Below, one piece after another: positions 52,966 through 64,000 of a stretch of 64,000 bases of DNA (positions are counted from its first letter, which is position 1; each line of letters begins with the position of its first letter). A program made the translations under genes and the position numbers. Under the pieces are notes generated by a model, which had not been told where the DNA came from, did not search any database, and worked only from the letters and a program-made list of their open reading frames with translations. The DNA is from Lama glama (lineage: Eukaryota): contig CM052816.1 in assembly GCA_028534125.1 (NCBI GenBank), positions 44,146,001 through 44,210,000 on the forward strand, in the 5' to 3' direction.

Positions 52966-53938
52966 TTCTAGAGGTCATATATAACTTTGGCAAACTACTG
53001 TCTTTTACATAAAAGTTTTCTAAAAAGCTAGCAAAGCAGATATAAAAGAATTGGATGGAAGCTCAGAAAGCAATCTGAGGTTGAAGAAGCCCAAAAGTAT
53101 TTCTAGAAACAGCTCTCCCATGGTGTCAGGTGCTGAAGGGAGAGGAAAAATGTCATGGGAATTGGCAAATAGTCATTGGTGTCCTTCTGGAGAGCAAGGA
53201 CAGGAAGTTACAGCCACTCAAAACTGATGGATTGTTCTGAAGGAATGTGTTGCTCAGCAGTTTGAGGGAGTATCTGGATTGAGGGAAAGGTGGTTGGAGC
53301 TCAAGGAAGCAGAAAGTTAAGTTTGAGTGCTGTTTTGGAATAAAATTTGGCCTGTCTTGTTTTGTAGAAAGCTTGGAACACCCTATGGAGAATGTATTAA
53401 GAGTCAACATAAGTACATTTTTTAAATGTGAGGCAGATGCCCAGATGAAACATAAAAGCATGAGTTTTAAAAGGCCTGAAATACCCACTTTCCTCCCTTT
53501 TTCTGTAAAGATGTAATCGATAGTGCTGCCCGAGACCGGGCTTGGCATGGGCTGTGATGAAACGTAACTGGCATAGAACATCTCGCTTGGGTCTAGTATA
53601 ATTGTTGAAATGACTAGTTACAGAATGAGGTGAATGAGAAGATGGCAGAGGAAATTTGGCTGGATGAAGTCAAGCTTCTGGGGGTTGTTATGAGAAAGAA
53701 GAGCGAGGTTAGGGTACTGAGGGGTCAGGAACGGGGAGGACTACAGCTCAGAAAACTCCATTTTCTTATTTTTTCCAACCAAAAACTAGATAACTATGGA
53801 GGAATGTTATGTATTAGTAAAAATTATAAAACCCATTAAAAATAGCAGCAAATTCCCCTCTATGAAGTTTACGGGTAAGAGAACAGTTTAAAATTTCGGT
53901 CTAGACCCCTCCTACTTGAAGTGTTGCTCTCTGACAAG

Positions 53939-54067
53939 CAGTGTTCTCCTCCCCTGGGGTGGGGGGTGTTACTTGTGAGAAATGTAAATCTTGGGCCCCA
54001 TTCCAGAGTCTGCTGTTACCAAGGTGCCCTGTGACTTGTATACCCACTAAAGTTCCATAAGCACTTA
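53939..54067. mobile_element. MER5-like hAT element (internally deleted)
   Basis: cagtgttctc...cttgtgagaaatgtaaatcttgggcccc...gtgacttgtatacccactaaagtt...gcact, followed by tctag. Confidence 0.6.
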
Positions 54068-54494
54068 TCTAGATTCGTATTAATTTTCTTCTGTTCTGTT
54101 TGAAGCTGTGGATCCTTCAGTGAAATGTAATACTATGTGACTCTACAATAGCACACTTGAGTTGGAGAGTGGGACGTGGCTAATGCCTTGTCTTTTCACT
54201 GATCAGCACTGCCCTCTCTGAAGTTTCTATTGTTCCGCAAACAACAGTTTGCAAACGACTGGCTGAGGATCCTTCAGGATCCTTAATTATAGACTCCCAT
54301 GTTGCGATCTGTGACACCATACTCGGTGTGTGACATTGGCCTGGCTGTAGGGAACGCTGAGTTTCCCTCATTCTTGACAGCTAGATAGTTTGCGATTGAT
54401 TTGCTGTTGATGCAATAATAATTGGTCTTTTTAAAAAAATATAATAGAGCTATTTGTTAGACTTTAAAGTTATATTTTTTAACTGGTCTCTAGA

Positions 54495-54937
54495 TCTATT
54501 TGTGTTTCACCAGTTTTTCCTGAATGTCCTCTTTCTGTTCCAGACCTGGAACAGACACATTACATGTCGTTATCCTGGTTCCCTCTGATCTGTGAATGAG
54601 TCTCAGGCTTTTCTTGTTGATTATGACCTTGGCAGTCTTGAGGAGTTCTGGCCGAAGAGCCTACAGAACCATCACCTAATCCAGGTTTATTTAAATTTTT
54701 TTATTAGACTAGTCTGGGGTTATACAGTTTTGGCAAGAATAGCAGAGAGATTATCTCATCGCATGCCAGGGGGACTTCCTATCCACTGGACGTCACTGAC
54801 AGTGTTAGCCTTCGTGGCTTGCTTAAGGTTGTGTTTGCCAGGTTTCTCCACTGTTAAGTCACTGTTTTTCTCTCTCCTGTTTTCTGATGAGTCACTGTGT
54901 CTCAAGGGTGGGGGGATTATGTGCCACTTCCTAGAAG
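54495..54937 (-). mobile_element. L1MC4-like 3' UTR fragment
   Basis: aatgtcctctttctgttccag...atgaccttggcagtcttgaggagttctggcc...ttttggcaagaata...gtgtttgccaggtttctccactgt. Confidence 0.8.
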
Positions 54938-57522
54938 AAACAACCAAGTATGTAAGTTTTTTATTTAGTTTCTCACAACAACTCACTAGACAGAGGCTCT
55001 GAATTTGATAGGTGGCATCTTGAATGGAGGGCCCTTAACTTAATTTCTGCATTCCTAGCATTAAAACACAATGCATTTTATCAGTATCCTTTTTTTTGAA
55101 TAAACTAGTTATTTTTTGTAAAATAAAAAGTATCCCAGGTCACATGACCTTTCAGTTACCAAAAGATTAATTCTCCTCAGGTGGTAAATTTAAAAGGTTT
55201 ATTGTGTGCCAGAAGAGTTTAGAGTCCATATCAAACATGCTGACCAAACGATTCAATTAAGTCCTTAAAATTGTCCAAGTTAACATATTCATTAGATTCT
55301 ACAGTTTGGAATGTATTCTTTTATAAAATGAACATTGATTTAACAATGTGTTACTGTAGCAAATAAAAATATGAACTGTATGTCAAATTATTATAGAAGA
55401 CATATTAATTTCACCAAAATAGTACATCGCATTGTATCTACGTTATATTTAAATCTGTACCTATATAGAGAGACTTATGTGATGGCCTCTTTTGAGTAGT
55501 TTACTGCCATGATTCATTCTTAAGGATAATGATAATTTACAGAATAGCTCAGAGATTATGGAAACATTTCAATAGTGGTAGATTTTAGAGTTCTAACTAA
55601 TATTTTCCCTACATTGACTATATGTAAAAATAAAATCATAATGTGTGTATATGTAAATGGATATATTTGCATACAGTAATGTAAATGATGGTATGCTTAT
55701 CAATTAGTGTGATATATGCAAATATATATATATAAGCGTATATACATTTAAGCCTTTGTACAAATAAAACTGAAGGAAAAAAGATGCCTTTTGTATGATA
55801 CAGTTACTTTCTAGGAAATCTGTCTATGTAGCACAAGGGTAACCTAGAGGAAACTTTTCTATTATTTCTGACCTCTGAATAATTTTCTAGTATGATCAGG
55901 AATAATGAAAAATGCTATAAATTGCTTTAAAGCAATATATTCTTGAATTGATTACCAATGCTCACAGAAAAGGAAACCAGCTGTATGAGACAATGATCAT
56001 TTGTACGTTTAATTATTTATAAGGATACAACGGTCGAGTTTCTAAAAATCTTTCTGTAAAAAATTCTCAGTATAAATCTCTGTGATATGCAGTAACGCTA
56101 CTTCATCTTTGTTTCCAACTGTGCAGCATAAAACCTTTCATTAGTACACGCCTTCACTTAAGGGGATTGCTTTAACAAAGGGATCCAGCACATCATTATG
56201 ACTTTTAGAGTTAAGAGATGACAGTGGCAAAACAATAAATACCCCATCTTATTAAGATACGTCAGTTAACAGCAATGCTGAACTGTTTTATATTTGGTTT
56301 CCACACAACCCATTTCAGTTCCGGCAGAAACCTAGGGATGCACTCCAGAGAAACACGTAATGAGGTCAGATGGAAAATCTTGTCTTGTTTCAGATATGAA
56401 TTCAATCCATCCTTTCTTTCATGTGAGACAATATTCACCCAAGGAACTGCTGCTGACATGTTTTAACTTCACTGACACTGAAAATCTTTTCTCCTCAGTT
56501 GGTGCTTTTAGCTTCCACCTGAAAAAAAAGAAAAATCTATGCGGAATAATATAATCAGAGATGGCCACATATAAAAAGAAATCTGATTATGTTTGTTTAT
56601 TCACCTCTCGCTGTATCCATGACAGAAACGCGTCGGCTAATTTTTGCCTTATAAAATATGAATAATGAAAGTCAATGCTAGTTGAAGCTATTTTTTGTGG
56701 CACTGTGTCTTCAGAGCCTTGAGTCTTGTAAATTGGGCAGGAGAAGCAGAAGATGTAATCATGGAGAAGGGGATAAAGGAAAAAAAAATAATGGTTTTAT
56801 ATTTTCAAAACCACAGCCTTGGCGTTGAGCTGTCACAGGGAGGTTCTTGCTACAAAACCAGCCTCTGGGTCTACCCTGTGTGATTGTGTGAAGTTAGAAC
56901 AACGTGTTAAGACCTAGTTCCTGTCTTTCCTGTAACTATTTGAATAACAGCCAAGTAAATGACTTTGTATTATTTGAATTAAGTTGACTCATATTGAAAC
57001 CCTAGTTGGTCGTTTCCTCTTTGGTATGTTAAATATAATTTTTGCCTAATAATAAGGAAAAGCAGAGTAACTTGAATCCAGGAATCAAGTTGCTGATAAG
57101 AACACAGAGACACCCAGATGCAAATATGGTTTTTGTTAGAAATAACCAAGCATGGTAAGGAAAGATGCTATAAACAATTAATACTTCTGATGCTTCTTTG
57201 AATGTGTATTCTGTGTCTGGGAAGAGACTGTGTACATAGGAAGATTTAGTCCTGTTAAAAAAAAATCTGGTCATAGAAGTTTTATGTGGTCTCACTTCCT
57301 CATTTAGCTGTGTATTTCATAGTTGGTGAGGAACATGTTCACAGGAATATAATAAAAATAAATGAAGGCTGGAAAATCAGCACAGTTGCTATATTCAGCC
57401 TTGAGTGCTCATTCGGCCTTCCGGGGGCCACTTGTCTAGTCATGCTCTGCCCTTGGAACCTCTGCTTCCTCATCTGTTTTTTTTGTTGTTTTTTTTTTCC
57501 CAAGGCGAAGCTGTGTTTTCTA

Positions 57523-58516
57523 AGACTGTCTTTATTCTATTGTATGTTCTTGCCTCCTTTGCCAAAGATTAATTGACCAAAAGTTTGTGGGTTTATTTCT
57601 GGGCTCTCTGTTCTGTTCCATTGATCTATATGTCTGTTTCTGTGCCAAAACCATGCTGTTTTGATTACTGCATCTCTATAGTATTGTCTGAAGTCTAGGA
57701 GGGTTATTCCTCCAGCTTCATTCTTTTTCTTCAGTATTGCTTTGGTAATTCTGGATCTTTTGTGATTCCGTATATATTTTGGGATCCTAGTTCTGCAAAA
57801 AATGTCCTGGGTAATTTGATAAGGGTCACGTTAAATCTGTAGATTGCTTAGGGTAGTCTGGCCATTTTAACAGTATTAATTCTTCCAATCCAAGAATATG
57901 GGATATCCTTCCATTTCTTTAAATGATCTTTAAATTCCTTAATCAGTGTTTTATAGTTTTCAGTGTATAAGTCTTTGACCCCCATGGTCAGATTTATTCC
58001 TAAGTACTGTTTTTGATGTGATTTTAAAAGTGATTATTTTTGTAAATTTCCTTTTCTGATATTTTATCGTTAGCGTAAAGAAAGGCAACTAAATTCTGTA
58101 TGTTAATCTTATATCCTGCTATCTTGTTGAATTATTTTATCAGCTCTAGTAGTTTGTGTGGAGGCTTTAGGGTTTTTATGTATAGTATTATGTCATCTGC
58201 TTATAGTGACCATTTTACCTCTTCTCTTCCATTTGGATCTCTTTGATTTATTTATTTATTTGTCTGATTGCTGTGGCTAGGACTTCTCATACTGTGTCAA
58301 ACAGAAACGGTGAGAGTGGACATCCTTGTCTTGTTCCACATTTTAGTGAGAAGGCTTTCAGCTTTTCCCCATTGAGTATTGTGTTGTCCATGGGTTTGTC
58401 ATAAATAGCTTTTATTATGTTAGGTATGTTCCCTCTATGCCCACGTTGGTAAGAGTTTTTATCATAAATGGATGTTGAATTTTATCAAATGCATTTTTCT
58501 CTATCTATTGAGATAA
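57523..58516 (-). mobile_element. Relatively young LINE-1 ORF2 internal fragment, truncated at both ends
   Basis: Closely matches the L1 at about 28863-29012 (agactgtctttattc...aaagtttgtggg); continues through RT-domain antisense sequence (gagagtggacatccttgtcttg...tcataaatggatgttgaattttatcaaatgc). Confidence 0.93.
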
Positions 58517-61500
58517 ATTTATCTGTTTCTCCTTTGTGGTCATGCTTTTGGTATTCATATCTAAGAATCCATTGAAAATTTGAAGGTCGTGAAGATTTGA
58601 TGATTTTCTTTTCTTTAAGAGGTTTATGGTTTTAGCTCTTGTGTTTAGGTCATTTATCCATACTGAATTAAATTTTTTTGGGTAACTTTTTTTTTTTTTA
58701 ACATGTGAAAATCCAGTTGTTTTAGTGCCATTTGTTTAAGAAATTAGTAACTAGGTAACTTTGGCAAGAATCAGTTGTTACAGATACATGGGCTTATTTA
58801 TGAAATCTCAATTATATTCCATTGGTTTATATGTCTCTCTTTATGCCAGTGCTACAATGCTTTGATTTCTGTAGCTTGATAGTAAGTTTTGAAGTTGGAA
58901 AATTGGAGTTCTCCAATTTCTTTTTTTTTTTTTTCAAGAATGTTTTGGCTATTTTAGTGCACTTTGAAACTTCATATACATTTACAGATGTGATTTTCTA
59001 TTTCTGAAAAAAAGGCTGTTGGAATTTTGATAGGAATTTCATGTTAAATCTGTAGATTGTTTCAGGTAATACTGACATCTTAACAATATTTTTTAATAAT
59101 CCATTAACACAAAATTTCTTTCCACTTATTTAGGTTTTCTTTAATGTTTTTCACCAATATTCTGTAGTTTTCAATATACAGGACTTTCACCTCCTTGGCT
59201 AAATTGAATCCTAGGTATTTTAACTTGATGTATGCTATTGTAAGTATGGTTGCTTTCTTAATTTTAATTTTGCATTGTTCATTGCAAGTGAAATACAGCT
59301 GATTTTTATGTGTTGATATTGTAACCTGCAACTTTGCTAAATTTGTTTATTAGCTTTAATAGCTTTCTTGTGGACTTCTTGTCCTTTTTTTTCCCTGTGT
59401 ATAAAATAATGTTGTTTGTGAATAGAGATGATTTACTTCTTCCTTTGCAGTTTGAATGGCTCTCCCCATTTATTTCTCTTGGCTAATTTGCTCTGACTAT
59501 AACTTTCAGTAAAACAGTCAATAACAGTGGCGTAAGTGAGCATCCTTCTCTTTTTCCTGATATTAAGAGGAAAGCTTTCAGTCTTTTACCAATGAGTGTG
59601 ATGTTAGCTGGGGGTTTTTCATAGATGCCCTTTATCATATGGAGAAAATTCCCTTCAATTCCTAGTCTCAAGTGCTTTTCTTTCTTTATCATAAAAGGGT
59701 ATTGGATTTTATTACATGCCATCTATTGAAATGATCATGTAACTTTTTTCTTCATTTTTTTAAAGTGAGGTATTGATTGATTTTCTTACGTTGAATCACA
59801 ACATAAGATTTATCCTTGGATAAATCCCAGTTAATCGTGATGTATAATTCTGTCAGTATGCTTTTGGAATTAGTTTGTTAGTATTTTGTGGAGGATTTGT
59901 TGCATCTATATTCATAAGGATTATTATTCAGTAAATTTCATATTGTGTAATCTCTTTATCTATCTTTGGTATCAAGGAAATGCTGGTCTCACAGAATGAG
60001 TTACGAAGTATTCTCTCCTCTTCTGTTCTTTGGAGGAGTTTGAGAAGAATTGATATTAATTCTTCTTTAAATGTTTGATAGAATGCACCAATGAGGCCAT
60101 CGAGTACTAGAATTTTCTTTACTAGGAGGTATTTTAATACTGATTTAATCTCTCATGTTAAGTCTGTTGAGATTTTTATTTTTTCATAAACTTGTTTAGG
60201 TAATTTTTGCTGTTGTTGTTTCTAGAAATTCGTCCATTCCACTTTGATTTTCGATTTGTTGGCATATAATTACTTATAATATTCTATTATAAACCTTTTT
60301 GTTTCTGTAAAGTTGGTAGTTAATGTTCTTCACTTTCATTTCTGATTTTAGTTATTTTTACCTTTTCTGATTTTTTGTCAGCAGTCTAGCTAAATGTCAA
60401 TTTTTTTGTTTTTTGTTTTTTTTCAAAGGAACATCTTTTGATTTTACTGATTTTTTCTGTTGTTTTACTATTCTCTATTTTGTTTATCTCCACCTTAGTC
60501 TTTATTATTTTCCTCCTGTGCTAGTTTTGGGCTTAGTTCTCTAGTTCCTCCACGTGTACTGTTAGGTCATTGGTTTGATTTTGCTCTTCTTTTTGAATGT
60601 AGTTGTTACAATTATGTACTTCTCTGAGTACTGCTTTTGGTGGATTCTCTAAGATTTGATATGCTGTGATCTCATCTTCCTTATTTTCAAGATATGCTAC
60701 AATTTCCCTTATGGTTTCTTCTTTGATCCATTATTGTTAAGGAGTGTATTGTTTACTTTCCACACACTTGTTTATCTTCCAGTTTTCCTTCTGTTATGAT
60801 TTCAAGCTTCTTTCCATTGCTGCAGGAGTAGATATTTTGCATGAGTTCAGTTTTTAAAAATTTTTTGACATTTGTTTTGTGGTCTAACATATGTTCATTC
60901 CTATAGGGTGTTCCATGTGCAGTAGAGAATGAGGATATTGTGTTGTTGTTGACTACAGTTATATTTATCTACTAGATCTCAGTGGCTTACAGTGTTGTTC
61001 AAGCTCTCTATTTCCATATTAATTTTCTGTCTAGATATCCTGTCTATTATTGAAAGTAATGTATCGAAGTCTCCAACTATTACTGTAGAACTGCCTATTT
61101 TTCCCTCCAATTCGGTCAAAATTCATTCCCTGTAGTTGGGACTCTTGTATTTGGTGCATACATAATCATAATTTTTATACCTTCCTGATGATTGACCTTT
61201 TACCAGTTTACAATGCTCTTCCTTGTCTCTCAGAAAAGTTTTTGCATTAAAGTAAATTTTGTATATTAGTATAGCTACTCCAGCTCTCTTTTGGTTACCA
61301 TTTGCCTGGAGTATCTTTTTCTGTCTCTTCACTTTGAACCTATTTACTTACTTTCAATTACATCCTTAAGCCACTGGTAGAGCAGTTTTAAGTTCACAGC
61401 AAAATTGAGAAGGAAGTATAGTGATTTATCATACACCCTCTGCCTACACACATGCATAGCCTCTTTCATTATTAACATCTCTCACTAGAGGGTATATTTG

Positions 61501-61830
61501 TTACAACTGATGAACCTATGTTGACACATTATAATTACCCAAAGACTATAATCTACCTTAGATTTCACTCTTGGTGTTACAAATTTTATGAATTTGAACA
61601 AATGTATAATGCTGTGTAAGTTGGATCATTTTTTTAAATTCATCTGCCAATTACTGCTTTTTGATTTTAAAGTTTACTGCATTTACATTTAATGTAATTA
61701 CTGATTTTAAAAAAAGACCACTCCTCTGCCATTTTGCTATTTTTTTTTTCCATATGTCCTGTACCTTTTTGGCTTCTCATTTCCTCTATCTCTGCCTGCT
61801 TTTGTGTTTCATTGTTTTTTTGTAGTGAAC
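58517..61830 (-). mobile_element. Older LINE-1 ORF2 (RT to endonuclease) remnant
   Basis: Peptides YLGFNLAKEVKVLYIENY, QYPFMIK...GIEGNFLHMIKGIYEKP...GCSLTPLL (RT) and KKILQANGNQKRAGVAILI (EN); many indels. Confidence 0.9.
61378..61611 (-). mobile_element. L1MC1-like 3' end nested in the older L1
   Basis: agcagttttaagttcacagcaaaattgag...atttgttacaactgatgaacctatgttgacacat...ttcactcttggtgtt...acaaatgtataatg. Confidence 0.8.
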
Positions 61831-61834
61831 ACAC

Positions 61835-62236
61835 ACTAGAATTCACGGTAAAAAGAAATAATATCCAACGGAAAGAGTGAGCTAAGAAAAACAGTTATAA
61901 GCAAAGAAACAACTAAACCTGTGAAAACAATCCAAATAATCATTGGCTTTGATATAATCATATTGAAAATAGTGAATTATTTGGAGGATATTTAAAAAGA
62001 AGGTAGAACTTAAAACACTATCAAATGGTAACTAGAATAATAGGTTTGGGTTGATAAGTGAAAACATATTTTATTGCATTTGTATTGTTCCAAATTAAGA
62101 TAAAGATATAAAATAAGTTTGACTTTTTAAAATAATAAAAGCAATACAAAGAGAACATAAAACTTCCCTCTATCTAATGAAAGGGAAGAAAGACAAAAAT
62201 CTTGATGAAGTCAGAGGAATTCAGGAAAGGAAAATA
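61835..62236 (+). mobile_element. Possible HAL1/old L1 A-rich remnant
   Basis: A-rich decayed sequence (gtagaacttaaaacact..., ttgtattgttc, aagtttgacttt) resembling the post-ORF1 region. Confidence 0.35.
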
Positions 62237-62558
62237 ATGCACCCAATATAGGAGCACCTAAGTACATAAAACAATTACTAACAGAGATAAAGGGGGATAT
62301 TGATGGGGATACAATCATAGTCGGAGATTTTAACACCACACTAACATCACTAGACAGATCTTCAAGACAGAAAATAAATAAGGCAACAGAGAAATTAAAT
62401 AATACAATAGAAAAATTAGATTTGGTGGATATTTTCAGAGCATTACGCCCCCCAAAAATAGGATATACATTCTTTTCAAGTGCACATGGAACATTTTCTA
62501 GGATTGATCATGTCTTGGGCACAAAAGAAGCCTCAACAATTTTAAGAAGATAGAAATT
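62237..62558 (+). mobile_element. Young LINE-1 ORF2 endonuclease segment (5'-truncated copy, interrupted)
   Basis: Translates APNIGAPKYIKQLLTEIKGDIDGDTIIVGDFNTTLTSLDRSSRQKINK...LDLVDIFRAL...YTFFSSAHGTFSRIDHV, then after a 1-nt shift LGHKRSLNNFKKIEI; contains the APE-endonuclease GDFN motif. Confidence 0.95.
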
Positions 62559-64000
62559 GAGAAGAAGAGAGAAGATGGTGGAGTAGAAGGACGCTCGTAG
62601 CTCTCCCTCTCCCACAAATGCACCAAGACCCACATCTACAGACCCACTCAGCCAACCAGAGCACCTGTGGAACTCCGACAGAACATCGCCCTCTTCAAAA
62701 GATAAAGATGCCAAAAATCTGGTAGGAGAAAAGGAAAAAAGAAAGAACAAAAGGCAAAGCAGCGCGGGACGGGTCCCGCGGGGAGGGAGCGGCAAAGGAG
62801 GACTGGCGCTTGCTCGCTGGGTCTCCCCTCTCCAACTGAGAGGCCAGCGGGACGGAGGGGGAGCCCCCGAGGCTCGGATCTGTACAGAACAGCCCTTGTC
62901 TGACAGAACTAAGTTAAACGGGCACAGAGCGTCCCCCCGACACCCAGCCTGAGACGCGGGCCGGCAGCGGCGGGCAGGGCCAGGCTGCACAAGCCGGGCG
63001 GAGGACGAGGGCGGCTACACGGAGGCAGCTCCGGGGGACTGCAAGGGGCTGGGCGCCGTGGCTGTGGGTGTACAGGACAGAACCACCTGGGCCCTCCATA
63101 AAACAGCAAGGTTGATGTGCTCTCGGGGAAAGGGTGCATACCCCCATCTCTGAAAAGCCACGGAAAGTTTTCGGGGGAAGAGAGATGGGGCTCAGGCACA
63201 GCCACCATATCCTCTGGCGCTTAAAATCCAGGCAGGGGCAGGGGTGAAACCTGTATCCGCACCCAAGGGCTTAGCAGCCTCAAAGGCCAGACTGAGACGG
63301 GCCTACAGCCCGAGGCAGATAGAACCCTTCCATCCTGGTCCCTCAGAGAACTTGCTCCTCAAAGACAAACAAGGAGCTGAGTTTTGGCCCGGAGCAGGGA
63401 CAAGGCTGTCCCTTGGTCTTCCCCGCACCCACCTGCAGAGTGCTGACCCAAGGCGGAGCCCGCAGCCACACAGAGCAGCGGAGTGACTGGCACCGGGAGA
63501 GGGAGGGCGGCCCCCTGCCTTGCGGGCAGGAAGGCAGCCTCTGACCGTGGTGCTGGGAGGGGGAGCGACCCGCTCTCCTGACTGGCCAGTCTGCAACATC
63601 TGACTGCGGCATCCGGAGGGGCAGTGACCCGCCCGCCCGCAGCAGAGGAGAGCTGCATCTGACCCCGTGTTAGGAGGAGGCGCGATCTGCTTGCCGACAG
63701 GCACTGGGAGCAGCATACACGAGGGTGCCAACGGAGGGCTTCTGGAAACAGCAAGCTGAGATTCCAAAACAGGACGAAGACAGAAAGACTTCACATTAAA
63801 AGCACACAGACTCCAGAAGAACACTGACACCCCCTCCTTTTTTTTTTTAAATCTGTTTTTACCTATTCTATTTTCTATTACCCTCTTAATTTTTACTTCT
63901 TAATTCATTTCTACTTTTCTTGGGTTTTGATGTCCTCTTCTTGATTAGACACAGGTTTCTTTTTTAAAGGTTTTAAAAGGACGTCTCAACCCGATTGATA
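62559..64000 (+). mobile_element. 5' UTR of a young, probably full-length LINE-1 (continues past the window)
   Basis: Purine-rich start gagaagaagagagaagatggtggag, about 1.2 kb GC/CpG-rich, then the T-rich tract expected before ORF1 in laurasiatherian L1s. Confidence 0.85.
62572..63760 (+). promoter_or_regulatory. L1 internal promoter / CpG island with YY1-like site
   Basis: AAGATGGTGG at 62572-62581 (YY1 consensus AAGATGGCGG with one C>T), at the usual position near the L1 5' end; the only CpG-island-like region in the window. Confidence 0.7.

Larger units (their letters stand above)
52330..53330 (-). mobile_element. Decayed L2 hosting nested MER20 and MIR
   Basis: ttcacttttggacatatgttgaag, gatgaaatgagggtggat and gtgtcaggtgctg...gtcattggtgtcctt are reversed L2 motifs on both sides of the two inserts. 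Confidence 0.55.

Noticed and set aside
53153..55002. 142-aa (53153-53581) and 136-aa (54592-55002) ORFs
   Set aside because: They overlap decayed L2 and L1MC4 3' UTR sequence; no protein similarity recognised.
57495..57512. ttttcccaaggcgaagct matches recalled U1 snRNA TTTTCCCAGGGCGAGGCT at 16 of 18 positions, within the filler next to the L1 patch
   Set aside because: Too short, partly low-complexity, and similarity does not extend either way; it cannot be distinguished from chance.
63303..63830. 175-aa antisense ORF in the L1 5' UTR (also the 160-aa ORF at 62508-62990)
   Set aside because: Both start at GTG, lie in GC-rich stop-poor DNA and show no recognisable domain.

Overview
AT-rich eutherian mammal genomic DNA. 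The lineage is probably cetartiodactyl, most likely camelid; this is inferred from the style of the young LINE-1 3' ends and 5' UTR and from the absence of recognisable primate, rodent, ruminant, pig or carnivore SINEs. I recognise no host protein-coding gene, RNA gene or prokaryote-type system. The ORF track is almost entirely chance ORFs, microsatellite or gap artefacts, and decayed retroelement frames. A large part of the window is interspersed repeat: old and young LINE-1 copies (mostly on the minus strand), L2/MIR fragments, MaLR and MER21 LTRs, hAT-Charlie elements (MER58, MER20, MER5), and a decayed ERV-L provirus (LTR16/HERV16-like gag-pro-pol) at about 37.9-40.5 kb. There is a 500-N scaffold gap at 29013-29512. 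At the right end, a CpG-rich young L1 5' UTR appears nested into another young L1 at a canonical endonuclease site. The best leads are: that nested L1 with a predictable target-site duplication (TSD); a doubly truncated, TSD-less L1 patch; a probable 5'-inverted L1 at the gap; a CpG-enriched exon-like segment at 40550-40760 with further plus-strand splice candidates; and a TE-free TALE/SOX motif cluster at about 50.2-50.9 kb. Repeat subfamily names come from recalled consensus similarity, not from a search, and boundaries of old repeats are approximate (tens of bp). I found no convincing new biological system.
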